Part shown: piece by piece, positions 35,901 through 48,975 of the stretch
How the letters are laid out: every line of letters begins with the position of its first letter
How positions within the stretch are numbered: position 1 is the first letter of the stretch
DNA from: Azolla caroliniana
Lineage: Eukaryota; Plantae; Polypodiophyta
Direction: 5' to 3'
DNA: 64,000 nucleotides
NCBI GenBank assembly: GCA_043228905.1
Contig: JBHGNT010000007.1
Span: 15,376,001-15,440,000, forward strand
Made by a program: the position numbers and the translations under genes
The notes under the pieces: model-generated
The model's input: only the letters and a program-made list of their open reading frames with translations
Told to the model about the DNA's origin: nothing
Database searches by the model: none

Positions 35901-38900
35901 AACTCAAAGCAATGAAATCGAAAGGAGTCGTCATCGGACTCCCGACATTCAAAGAGAAGGAGTATGCGAAGCGTGCCAATTCGGCAAGCAACACTGACAC
36001 CCATTCCCGAAGGAGCGGAATGTGAGCAAAGGCGTACTCAACGTAATTCATTCCGATGTATGGGGTCCGGCCCAAACGGCGACATTCGGCGGATGCCGGT
36101 ATTACGTGCTCTTCATCGACGACTTTTCTAGGCACACTTGGATCTACCCGATGCGGCCAAAGAGCGAAGTGTTTGGACACTTCCAAAATTTCAAGAATGA
36201 AGTCGAGAAAGCCACGGGCTGACATGTGCAATGCCTTCGATCGGATGGCGGCAAGGAGTACTTCTCGGATGATTTCACGGCGTATCTCCGAAAGGAAGGA
36301 ATTCGGCGAGAATTCACTTGCCGACACACTCCACAACAAAACGGATTAGCCGAGTGCAAAAATCGGCATATCCTCGAAGTAGCCCGGGCCATGATGAACG
36401 AGAAGCATATGCCCAAGTCATCTTGGGCCGAAGCAACAAATACGGCCGTCTACCTAATGAACCAGTGCACAACATCTAGCGTGCACGAGGTCATTCCACA
36501 CGAAAGATTCTTCGGAAAGAAGCCGAACCTATCACATGTTCGGATATTCGGGTCCATTGCGTACGTGCACATCCCCGACAAGAAGCGTCAAAAGCTCGAC
36601 CTGAAGTCGGAGAAATGTATCCTCGTAGTATACTCACTAGAGCAAAAGGGGTACAAGTGCTACAACCCCTCAACTCAAAAATCTCGGGTAAGTCGAGACG
36701 TCATCTTTGACGAGTCCGCATCTTGGTACGCACCAGAGACAACTCCAACTCCGACTCCGACTCCACTCGACACAGAATCCGTTGAACAAGAGATAGAGGA
36801 TGAAGATCATTCTACGGGCATGTTCGAAGAAAGTCCGATAACAACCCGACTAAGCGGACCACAAGAGCCTTTGAGCGATCAAAGCACATCACGGCCTAGC
36901 CCGAAGATGGACAAAGGCAAGGCGAAAATGGCGGAATACGAAGACGATCGCTTCACCAACGATGAGTCAACTCACTCACTCAACAGTGAGTTCGGCGGTT
37001 TCGAGGTACCAATCGGAGCAAAGAAAGTCCTCATCTCTGCAAATGAAAAGCTCCGCCGATCCACTCGTGAAAAGAACCCCGTAAGTCGATTCGGCTACAA
37101 CGATTACATGGCATACCATTACGCCTTTATGATGAAGGTAGCGACAGTACGGGAGCCGGAAACCTTTTCGGAAGCCGCGAAGGACCCGCGATGGATCGAA
37201 GCAATGAACGAGGAAATGTAGGCACTACGGAAGAACGAGACATGGGATCTCGTTCCCACCTCACCACACAAAAAAGCGATCGGATGCAGATGGATCTACA
37301 AAGTGAAGTACAACGCGGACGGTTCCGTCAACCGCTACAAAGCTTGACTCGTAGCGAAAGGATACGCTCAGACACATGGCGTAGGCTACGAAGAGACCTT
37401 TGCCCCAGTGGCAAAGATGACAACAGTGCGGACTGTAATTGCGCTTGCCACAGCGAAAGGGTGGCATCTCCATCAAATGGACGTCAAGAACGCCTTTCTA
37501 CAAGGCGAATTAGAAGAGGAGGTGTACATGATCCAACCACCCGGCTTCAACTCGAGCACTCATCCAAAAGCCGTATGCCGACTCAAGAAGCCACTCTACA
37601 GCCTCAAGCAAGCACCGCGTGCCTGGCATTCGAAGATAACGCAATATCTTCATCAAATCGGCTTCCGTATGTCAAAATCGGACAACTCCCTTTACATACG
37701 AAGCGATTCCGCAAGTCCGATCGTCATCATGTTATATGTGGATGACCTAGTCATTGGAGGTGAGCATCTCGTCGAAATCACTAAGGTCAAATCCCTCCTT
37801 TGCGATAAGTTCGAGATGACGGACATGAAGGAGCTCCACTACTTCCTCGACATCGAGGTAATTCGGACTCCAGCCGGAATCATGATCTCTCAACGGCACT
37901 ACATCCTCAACTTGTTATACAAGTTCGGGATGGCTGAGTGCAAATCCGTGGCAACCCCGCTCGATCGTAATCTCAAACTAGATGCGAAATCCAGCACCAA
38001 AGTGTGTGCGCCGACTCAGTATCGGCAACTCATCGGGAGCCTCATCTACCTCACGATCACTCGACCCGATCTCAGTTATCCGGTCGGTCTCCTTAGCCAA
38101 TTCATGCAAACACCGCGTGATACTCACTTGGATTGCGCTAAGAGAGTTCTACGATACGTGAGCGGCACAATGGATTGCGGCATCCTCTACAAGGCCGAAA
38201 TGCCAATACGACTCGAGGGGTACAAAGCCGATAGAAGATCAACTTCCGGATTTGTTTTCTCCCTCGGCAGCAGAGCAATGTCCTGGAGTAGGAAGAAGCA
38301 GCCTACCGTCACTCTTTTGAGTACGGAGGCAGAATATAAGGGCACAGTCGTAGCTGCATGTGAAGCCATATGGCTTAAGAGGATTTTGAAGGATTTGGGC
38401 GTCCCCATCAAGGATCCGACTCCCCTTTACTGCGACAACATGAGCAGTATTTATCTGGCTCGGAACCCGGTGTTCCACGCGCGGACAAAGCACATCGAAG
38501 TGCACTAACACTTCATCCGAGAGCATGTTCTAGCTGGCGATGTCGACCTACAACACATAAGCACCAATCTTCAAACGGCCGACATCTTCACTAAAGCCTT
38601 AGGAGCCGACAAGCTATGGCAATTCATGACCGATCTCAGATTGACGATCCCTGATCTACCAAGCTTGAGGGGGAGTACTGAAGACACTATGCAATAACGT
38701 GTGGATTCCGCAACCACGCAAGCCGAAGCACAGACTTTGCAACTACGCACACAAGCCGAAGCACAGACTTCGTAACTACGCACAACGCAAGCTGGAGCAC
38801 GGATTCCGCAACTCCGCATACATGCGAGTCGACAGGAGTCGACGCGGACTCCAGAACGCGAGTTGAAGCGGATTTCGGATACCGTCTGAAAGGGGCGTGT

Positions 38901-40723
38901 TGAGAATCAAGCTCAACTTGGTCTAGTGTGTGAACTCACCTTGAGAGTGAAGAGACACTCCAACAGTCAAGAGTCACCATTATGTCATCACTTTGTATTC
39001 TAGCATTTAGTATGAGTCATAGAATCATATTCTATGACACATAACTTATGAGCTTTCACAGTCCCCATGCTCCATGAGGCCTATAGTTAATGAAGAGAGA
39101 GGGTGACTACATAAAGCACCCTCCTCCCACCTTGTAATGTGTTGAGTTTTTCTCCTTTGTCAATATACTCTTACCTTGTGTATTCTCTGTGTTTCTCTCT
39201 CTCTCTCACTCTCTCTTACACACACACACAACTCACATCTCTTCCGCTTCACAAGAATCCATCTCTTGATTCTTAACACTTTTCTTCATCTTCTTTTCAA
39301 CTAAGGCTTCTATCTTCCTTCACTTCCTATATGTTCGATCTTGTCTATTTGTGTTAGTTTCAGCTTCTTGTTTCTTTATCTGTCCATCTCTTTGTCCTCT
39401 TGTTTCTTGTTCTATGTTTCTCATAGTTTTCTTGTTTCTTCTGCTTTTCTATCGCTTCTTTCTCTTTCTCTTCTTTTGCGTGCTTCTTCTTCGTCCTTTC
39501 CTTGTACGGCGTCATTTGTTGTTCTTCCTCTGCCCCTCGGTGGCATGTCCAACGTTGTCGTCATGAGTTGTCTATCATTCTTGTCCATCACTGTTGGTCG
39601 TTTGGCCCTGTCCGGTCGGTCTCTTTCCAGTGTTCGAGCCTCGGTTTGGCCGCCACTCTCTGGCCTTTTCCGTCTATGTCTTGGCCGTTATCCGACTACC
39701 ACTCCGTTGCGGACTCCGTTAGCGTCTTTGTCGGTTTCCTCCATTTGAGTCCGCATCTGAGTCTCCCGCTTCGTTGCCGTCTCCATTCCTACGCCATTCG
39801 GCCACTCCAACTAGCGCTTTTTCGTCCTCTCGTCAGTCAATCTGTCTTAGTCCGGCCCGTTCCATTTGTCATCCCGTCCGTTCCGGCCAGTTTTCCAACA
39901 GTCAGTTTGGCTGATGTTTGGTTGCTCCCATCTCTGGCCATTTCGGTCGGCTTTCGCTCTGTCACCGTTGCTTTTCTCAAGTCGTTTTTTGGTCGTTGTC
40001 CGGCCGTCTCTATTCTTGGTTCCGGCCGACGTCTTGGTCATCATCTATAGCCTTCCGGCTAGTTCCGGCAGCTGTCTTTGTCCGACCCAGCTGGCCAGCC
40101 ACTCTTCGGCCACCATACTAACCACTATCCAACCCCTTTGGCTGATGTCTGTTGTTTCCATCACCGGCCATCTTCGTCGTGGTCCAACCACTTTGGGCGC
40201 TTCTCTGCATTTCTGCCGCTCGTCCGAATGTCGGTCCATTTCTCCGGCGGTTGCAGCTGCTCCAGCCATTGTTCGGCTATTCCGACTGGTTTCAGGCCCT
40301 TCTTGCCACTCTTCTGTTGCTTCCGTCGTTGTTCTCGTCGGTTTTTCAGCGGTTCCATTGCTATGCATTCCTGCACTATCCTATGGGGCGCCTATTCATC
40401 CGGTCCCGTTTGATCGTCATTGTCTTTCAAGCCCTTCCACTGTCTGATTTTGGCCATCCATCCGATGTCTCTTTTCGTTTTTGACGTCTTTCGGGCTATA
40501 TCTGTCTGGTTCATTCTGTTCTTTTTCCGTTTCTTCTATTTGGACCATTCCATCGTGTTTATGTGTTTGTCTCCGGCCCTCGTCTGTGGCTTTCTACATC
40601 ACGTCGTCTTGTCCGACTTCTCTGTTTCCGGCTATGTCATGTCGGTGTCTTTGTCTCCGTCTAGATCTGTTTGCCCATCGCCTCTGTCGTTGTCTGTCGA
40701 CCGCCCGTTTCGTCTGGTCATTT
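32992..40723 (-). mobile_element. Partial gypsy-like element C (3' LTR ~32992-33269 plus degenerate extra-ORF region), interrupted by copia D and copia E
   Basis: The LTR-like segment has CCTATTTAA on the minus strand and a GA tract, and ends GGTAACA. It is followed by the same motif as gypsy B (33275-33314). K/E/R-rich minus-strand ORF remnants lie at 33363-33832 and 39280-40700. No pol is seen in the window. Confidence 0.6.
33866..39278 (+). mobile_element. Full-length degenerate Ty1/copia element D
   Basis: 381-bp LTRs at 33866-34246 and 38898-39278. Perfect TSD CTTTT. PBS TGGTATCAGAGC at 34247-34258. gag from 34406, CGYCGKLSHHEEEC knuckle, IN, RT (LYVDDL). RNase H lacks the TDADW motif; several stops. 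Confidence 0.96.
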
Positions 40724-41714
40724 TGTTATACATGTATCCCCGATACATACTAAGTGTGAAAAGGCCAAAACTGTTCTTCCACTTAGTTGTGTGGGGGGAG
40801 AGAGAGAGTGAGTGAGTTAGTGAGTGTGAGAGAGCGAGTGCCTGTGTTCTCTCTGTGTGGTTTTTCCCCCCTTTTCTTTTGTTGCAGAGATTTACCTCTC
40901 TCTCCTCTTGTAATCTCCACCCTGTTGTATCAATTGAATCCCTTTGTCATTCACCCCCTATTCCTCTCGTGCACTCCTTCATCCTTCACTGTCCATGCAT
41001 TACGATCAAGAGCAGATTGTCTCTTGATTTTCTGCTCTATTGATTGTCATCAGTGGTATCAGAGCGAGAGAGACAACGAGGGAAGCTTTGGAGTCGGAAA
41101 CAACAAGCATCCGAGACTCGTAGCGGCGTAGGAGATTCGTGTGGCAAGCATTGGAGTATCGAGCTCGGCTAAAGCATGTCGGTGTCTTTGTCTCCGTCTA
41201 GATCTGTTTGCCCATCGCCTCTGTCGTTGTCTGTCGACCGCCCGTTTCGTCTGGTCATTTTGTTATACATGTATCCCCGATACATACTAAGTGTGAAAAG
41301 GCCAAAACTGTTCTTCCACTTAGTTGTGTGGGGGGAGAGAGAGAGTGAGTGAGTTAGTGAGTGTGAGAGAGCGAGTGCCTGTGTTCTCTCTGTGTGGTTT
41401 TTCCCCCCTTTTCTTTTGTTGCAGAGATTTACCTCTCTCTCCTCTTGTAATCTCCACCCTGTTGTATCAATTGAATCCCTTTGTCATTCACCCCCTATTC
41501 CTCTCGTGCACTCCTTCATCCTTCACTGTCCATGCATTACGATCAAGAGCAGATTGTCTCTTGATTTTCTGCTCTATTGATTGTCATCAGTGGTATCAGA
41601 GCGAGAGAGACAACGAGGGAAGCTTTGGAGTCGGAAACAACAAGCATCCGAGACTCGTAGCGGCGTAGGAGATTCGTGTGGCAAGCATTGGAGTATCGAG
41701 CTCGGCTAAAGCAT
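40638..41714. repeat. 537-bp apparently exact tandem duplication (flank + LTR + PBS + leader)
   Basis: 40638-41174 matches 41175-41711, with CAT microhomology at the junction. Identical ORFs are offset by 537 bp. Confidence 0.95.
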
Positions 41715-44700
41715 CTACCTACTGTTGGGCATCTCCAACATCTTCGACATTGAAGAAAGGAACATGCTATTCAAAGGTATTTCCCTTGGTTAAACTCTCT
41801 AATTATCCATCATATCCGAAACATTTCTTGGGTGGAAATAAGTTGTGGTGGGAGAGACCCTTGCCACATTTGCAAGAGAGATTTGGGGTTAATGTGAATG
41901 CATAGACAAGCCGATGCCTACAGTTTGTGGTTTGGGAGATGTATGTGAGTCAATATTGTTGCTACATTTGGAAGAGAAATTTGGGGTCAATGTGAATGTA
42001 TAACAAAGCAGTTGCCTACAATGTGTGATTGGGAGATGTATGCTGGTCAATATTATTGACATTTCAGAAATTATATGTCTTTAAGTGGTGCTTGTTATAT
42101 GAAAGAGTGGTATCAACCCTCTTTGACAGTTCACTGCTGATATTTTGGAAGTTGTATGCTTCTAGTGGTGCACATTGCACGAAATATTGGGTATCAATCT
42201 TTGACAGTTTGCCATAAGCTAGTTGGCTACTAGTTTTTTGTTGCCCAATCGCTGCCTGATAATGTTGTTCACTCCCATGGAGTCTGAAATGTTGGATGTA
42301 TCTAGTAGCACTTATGTTGCTCGCAATAGTTCAAGTAAGAACTTTTTTTTTTTGGGAAAAGATCATATTGAGATCCGGAAATTCGATGGATCTAATTTTG
42401 CTTTGTGGAAGAATCAAATGTGTGATGTATTGGTTCAAAGAAAGCAAACTAGGCCCCTCGGCGGGAAAGCAAAGAAACCGAATGACATGGATGATGATGA
42501 TTGGGAGGAACTTGATGCCTTGACCATGTCCACTATAAGACTGCACTTGGCGGATAGTGTCTACTTTACTGTTTTAGATAGCCAAAACTCCGAAGATCTT
42601 TGGAAAAAGTTATGCAATACCTATGAGAAGGAGACTGCAGCAAACAAGGTGTATTTGATGAGAAAGTTATATGACCTTCGTATGAAGGATACGGATAGTA
42701 TTGCGTCTCATTTAAATCAGTTTGATGCATTATGGTCGCAATTGCAATCTCAGAAAATAACCATGGATGATGAGTTGAAAGCTGTATTTTTGCTATGCAC
42801 ATTGCCTAGCTCATGGGACACATTTTGCACCGCTATTAGTGCTAGTGTACCAAACGGGAAATTGGTGTATAATGACATAAGTGGAGCACTATTGGGTGAA
42901 GAAATACATAGGAAATCTATGGTTTCCTCACAAGTTGGAGATGCATATAATGTTCGAGATTCTAGTTATGGTAAAAACCAACAATGTGGTAGAAGCCAAA
43001 GCAGAAATAGTCATGGAAATCATGACAAGAGTAGAAGTAAGTCTAGGAAGAGACTTGTGGAATACCATTATTGCCACAAGAAGGGTCATATTAAAAAAGA
43101 TTGTTATGCCTTGAAGAACAAAGAGAAGGAAAAGAGTAAAACTCATGGTGATGGGCATGTTAAACAACTGGCTGGTTCATCGTCTTCGCTGAAAATAGAG
43201 GAAATAAATGTTGCATGCGATGATGGTGTTGACATCTGGGTCATGGATGATGATGCTACCTATGCTGAGGCTAATATTGCTCATGCGTTTGCTCATACAT
43301 GGTTGTTGAACTCTAGTGCTTCATTTCATGTGACTCCACATAGAGAGTGGTTCACACGATAGGAAGCTAAATCACTTGGTACAGTCCGACTTGGAGATTC
43401 ACATCAGTGTGATGTGATTGGCATCGGAGATGTCATGGTACAATTTTCTGATGGCTCTCAGTTTACCATACAAAATGTACGCCATGTGCCTGAGCTAACT
43501 CGTAGCTTAATGTCTATTGGACAACTTGGTAACATTGGTTTTAAAGTGATTTTTGCTGCTCAGTCCTTTCGTATTACGAAAGGAAATATGGTTATTGCCA
43601 AAGGGAACAAAGTTGGTTCCCTTTACCCTTTAGTTGTCCATCAAAAGGAGCATCTTTTGGCAGTCACAGAACATCCTATGACTTGTATTTGGCATGGCCG
43701 TTTAGGTCACATGTCTCGTACTAGAATGGAAACATTATCACGTTTTGGCTATTTACCTATGTTATCATTTTCAAATTTTTCAGTTTGTGAGCATTGTCAA
43801 TATGGTAAACAAACTAGAAGTGTGCATCAGAATATTAATTCTGATTCGTCTACTCAACCCTTGGATCTAGTTCATACAGATGTATGTGGCCCTATGCCTA
43901 CCAAATCATTGGGTGGAGCTTTGTACTTTATTACATTTATTGATGATGCCACAAGAAAGGTTTGGGTGTATCCCATAAAACAAAAGGGAGACGTATACTC
44001 TGTTTTCAGAAAATGGCTTGCCTCGGTTGAGACTGAAAAGGGTATAAAGCTTAAGGCCTTACGTTCTGATAATGGAGGTGAATATACCTCTCATGAGTTC
44101 AAAGATTTTTGTGATTCTAGAGGCATACGTAGAGAGTTTACTGCCCCTTACACTTCGGTACAAAATGGTGTTGCAGAAAGGATGAATAGAACCATCCAGG
44201 ACAGGGTTGTTTCTATGTTGCATCATGCAAATCTACCGCAAGGTTTTTGGGCAGTCCGGGCAACAGTCCATGTAATAAATCTATCACCTAGCACTGTCAA
44301 AGGCTTGAAAGTGGTGCAAGAGTTGTGGACAGGAAAAACCCCAAACTATGATCATCTTAGGGTATTTGGATGTGAAGCATATGTTCATGTTCCAAAACAA
44401 TTAAGGCAAAAACTAGATCTTAAGAGCAGGAAATGTATTTTCCTTGGCTATGGCGTAGATGGTCAATTTGGATATCGTTTGTGGGATCCTGAAACGCGCA
44501 CTATAGTCAAAAGTAGTGATGTCGTTTTCAACGAAAAGATTATGCATAAACAACCAGTTAAGGAAGTGGAAGTAAGGAAAGTGACATTTTAGGATGTTAT
44601 ACCCTCTATTAGTGTGGAAAAGGATAACCCCACACCGATGCTGAACAGTCCTATAAATGTTCACCCATATGAGGATGTTCAAAATGAGGATGCATTTGTA

Positions 44701-45135
44701 CAACCTGAAAACAGTCCGACTCCGGTTCAACAACCAGTGAGACGATTTAATCGTGTCTCTAGGCCACCTACTAAGCTCACGGACTATGTGATGTTAACGG
44801 ATGGTGGTTAACCCTCTTGTTATAAGGAAGCTATTTTGGCCAATGATCATGCTAAGTGGGAGCGTGCCATGCAAAATGAATTGGACAACATTTATAAAAA
44901 TGGTACTTGGGATCTAGTACCTTTGCCAAAGGACAGGAAAGCATTGCCATGCAAATGGGTATACAAGTACAAGTATACATTTGATAATGCTTCCCCAAAG
45001 TATAAAGCATGCTTGGTTGCCAAAGGTTTCAAGCAAGAACATGGAATTGATTTTGATGAAACTTTCTCTCCTGTAGTTAAGATGGCTACATTGCGTATGT
45101 TGCTTTCATTGGCTGCAAATCAGAATTTGGAATTA
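40724..45135 (+). mobile_element. 5' part of AT-rich Ty1/copia element E, truncated in RT by the Sola2-like insertion
   Basis: LTR at 40724-41052 (duplicated at 41261-41589), PBS TGGTATCAGAGC at 41054 and 41591. gag 42223-43362, WHGRLGH, VHTDVCGP..SDNGGEY, LPCKWVYK..FSPVVK..ANQNLEL, then an abrupt switch at 45136. Confidence 0.92.
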
Positions 45136-45422
45136 GGGTCGAAGCATGCTACGGTGTACCAACTTTTGGCCAAAAATTTAGTACTAAATCGAGGAAGAAA
45201 ATAAACATTAAAAATTGAAAATAAAACAATTATCATCTATTGAATGGTGCTCAATTTCAAATAACAAATTCATTACGTCACACTCGAATGTACAAAGATA
45301 ATATACGTCACACTCAAAATGTCCCAAGGCCGTATTTAATACATTAATTGTAACTTCATTCTCCTAGGTAGAGTTGTACGAAAGCACACCTGGAGAAGGT
45401 TTGGAATGTGATAGTTGGTCAG

Positions 45423-45495
<73 letters not shown>

Positions 45496-45680
45496 CTGTT
45501 TCTATCTCTCTCTCTGTCTCTCTCTCTTTCTCTCTCTCTCTTCTGTCTCGAAGTTGTCAGACAGACAGAGGCAGAAAGTTAGAAAGACGACACATATATA
45601 TTACCTATCTCTCTCTTTCTCTCTCTCACTCCACCTTTGAATCTCTGTTTCTTTCTTTCTTTCTGTTTCTCTCTCTCACT
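45423..45680. repeat. (CT)n-rich tract upstream of the accessory gene
   Basis: Long CT/CTAT microsatellite. The equivalent GA-rich region in copy 1 is at ~6130-6330. Confidence 0.85.
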
Positions 45681-48404
45681 CCACCTTCGATTCTCTGTTT
45701 CCCCGCATAGTTGTTGTTGTGTTCCCCTCTATGCCAGGTTCAATCTCTGTCTCTGTATATGCAGAGATTTCTGTTTCCCCGGATTGATGTTCTTGTTGTT
45801 GATTTTCTTTCCTTGTGTATGCTCGTTTGTCTCCTCTGCAGCAGCCTCGTCAACAACCTCTTGCATATAGGTGATTTTGAAGGCTTGGTGTGCTCCGAAG
45901 GTGTGGTACCTCTGCCTTCGACCTTGGCTCCATCTGCCTCCAACTAGTATGTTATCGTTTTCTCTTTGTTTCCTATCCGTCTGTTTTTAATTTGTATGTG
46001 TATGGGCATTTTTAGGTTTTGATTATTCATAGTCTATGTGTTGCATGCCCAACTGGTATGTTTTCATTTTCTTTGTGTTTCTTGTCTGTCTGTTTTTAAT
46101 TTGTATGTGTTTGACATGGATGAGTTTTCTTCCGACTGTTTAGGGTGGTTGTGTGTTTGACATGGTTTGTACATGCAACTTAGATGGAGTTGGCTATGAT
46201 GAGTTGCTATGTTTTCGTTTTGTTGGTATGTTTTCGTTTTCTCTGTGTTTCCTATCTGTCTGTTTTTAATTTGTATGTGTTAGACATGGATGAGTTTTCT
46301 TCCGACTATTTAGGGTTTTTGTGTGTTTGACATGGTTTGTACATGCAATGTGATTACTTGCTATGTGTTGATGGTAATTTGATGAGTTTTATTCTAGTAC
46401 ATGCATATTCATTCAACGAGAATAGTGATGACTAGGACAATGACGAGAAGGACACCCATAAAGAAGACATTGATGAAAGAGAAAGTGAAGACACCAGTGA
46501 AGGAAGGGAAAAGGACACCTCTCAAAGAAAGCAAGAAGACACCCACAAGAGAAAGGGTGATGAATTCATCAACACAAAGAAAGAAGATGTACCACTCCAT
46601 CATTCGAGACACACCTCTCGGATGGAGTTATTTCCTTCGAGCACGACCTGAAGTTTATCCTGAGTTGAGAAAGTGGTTGATAAAAACCTGGGGGTCAGCA
46701 CATCCCGATACAAGGCGAGGATTCCACATAAGTGGATTGAAGAGGGAATATGTCAACTTATTGAAGACGAGATATGAACATGTTTATGATACAAATCAAA
46801 TCTATAACAATGAGGTGGGTACTGTTTTTGCACGTGCATTTGCATGTGAAGTTCAAGGTGGCATCGACGTAGATTGGGAAGATTTTAATTGGCACCTGTC
46901 AGAACATTATAAAGGGTCCTCTATTACCAACACTGGCTTGAAGTCATCGGGAACCTCTCATGTGGATATTCCGGCTACAACACTTGTCCACCAAGTTCAA
47001 TCTGCAAAGGTACGGGCCACAATGACTTAAAAGAATGAACAGATGATGGCTAGTTGCATAGCATCTATGAGCTCAAGAATACAAGCACTACTTGCTGATT
47101 TGGAAGCAATTAAATCAGCTGAGATATAGGTAGAAAAGAAATTCTCTTCATTAAAGACTACATATGAATGGATTGCATCGACAATCCAAAATTCAGAAAG
47201 TGAGGTGTTGAAAGAGGAGTTGAAGAAAGAGCTAAACAATATGGGCACTCAATTAGGTTCACAGATGAGAGACCTTGATACTTGCAGGAATGCACATTCC
47301 GAAATAGATAATAAGTTGTCAGGTTTAAAGTTGCATTCCGAGAACCTTGCGTGCTTGATGCAGGATTTAAAACAAAAAGGTTTTGAAACTTTGTGTCCAT
47401 CTGTAATTGAGCACCCAAGTGGTATGGAAAGTACCATTACTAGTATAGCTATATCACGGTATTGGCTTTAAAAGTTATTTATTTCTACTTCTGTGGTATA
47501 AATATCATATTAGCTAATATATTATAACTTGTGTTTGCAATCTGCCAGGTGTATATTTTGTGGCCTCGGATTCAAGCTGGAGGCTATGGATGTTGTGATT
47601 ACACCGTGCTTGCACACATATCATGTGTTATGTGCTAAGTATCATTTTGAGAAAGAGAATACATGTATGGACTGTAAAACTACAATTGCGGCTAAGTGGT
47701 ACTATGCTTGGGGTTTAAAAGTACACCCGTACAGTATGTGGCTCTACTATTCTATTGTTTGTATTATATGATGTCAATTTACATTTGGATTAGAACTAGT
47801 GTACGCCACAATTCATACTTCAAATTTAGGAGAACAATGGATTAGTATTAGTGTATCTCTAACAACTAATATGTGGAACCCTAATTATGTGGGTTAGTAT
47901 TGGCAGTACTCTTAATATATAATTGGTATGTGTAGTTGAAGGGATATTTTCCAGAATTAGTACTAAAAGGGAACCAGGTACAACATCGTCCAATCTATAT
48001 TGCAACTTGCCTAGTACTAGTTTAGTAGACACTATACTTGTAGTACATTGTTGATTGTTAGTATTGTTTGTGTAACTTGGGAATTAGTACTAGTTATGTA
48101 ATTTGGGAACAAGGTGTATAGTAAAATGCTGAATATTAGTACAGTTTGTGTAATTTGGAAATGAGGTGTGTCAAACACATATCACGTTTAGTACTAATAC
48201 TGTTCAAGATTAATATTGTTGGTGCAATTAGTACAAGTTATGTAATTAGGTGTGTAGAACACATATCACGTTTAGTATTACTTGTGTGCAAAATACCACG
48301 TTAGTACTAAAATCCAATCTACATTTGTTGGATTAGATGTTAGTCCAATCTATATTACAACGTGCCTAGTACTAGTGTTAGTACACACTATACTTGTACA
48401 TTGT

Positions 48405-48975
48405 TGACGATTAGTACTTAGCGAGTAGTACATTGTTCATGATTAGTACTAGTTTTGTAAATTGGGAACTAAGTGAGTAGTACATTGCTCATGATTGGTA
48501 CTAGTTTTGTAAATTGGGAACTAAGTGAGTAGTACATTGCTCATGATTAGTACTAGTTTTGTAATTTGGGAACTAAGTGAGTAGTACATTGTTCAGGATT
48601 AGTACTCCTTGTGTAATTTGGGAACTGAGTAGTGCATTGTGCATGATTAGTACTACTTGTGTAAATTGGGAACTAAGTGAGCAGTACATTGTTCATTATT
48701 AGTACTACTTCTGTTCCCTATTAGTACTAGTTCAATAATTTAGGAACTAAGTGAATAGTATATTGTTCAGGATTAGTACATTGTTCATGATTAGTACTAT
48801 TTGTGTAATTTGGCAACTAAGCGAGTGGTACATTGTTCATGATTAGTACTCCTTGTGTAATTTGACTAAGTTAGTAGTACATTGTTCATGATTAGTACTA
48901 CTTGTGTAAATTGGGAACTAAGTGAGTAGTACATTGTTCACGATTAGTACTAGTTGTGTAATATGGGAACTAGGT
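48405..48975. repeat. 52-bp minisatellite, about 10 units, in the intron after the RING exon
   Basis: GGGAACTAAGTGAGTAGTACATTG.TCATGATTAGTACTAGTTTTGTAA; GGGAACT occurs at 48464, 48516, 48568, 48620 and 48668. Confidence 0.92.

Noticed and set aside
39341-40815. Plus-strand S/L/F-rich ORFs, and similar ORFs at 45374-45947
   Set aside because: They are antisense shadows of K/E/R-rich remnants or translations of CT microsatellites, with no domain signal.
40724-41589. TRIM or mini LTR element
   Set aside because: The repeat includes external flank, with no PPT and no TSD. A tandem duplication of the 5' end of copia E explains it.
47529-47771. Stand-alone host RING E3 gene
   Set aside because: It splices in phase to an upstream exon whose homologue sits in a second copy of the same transposon, and it lies inside the element terminus.
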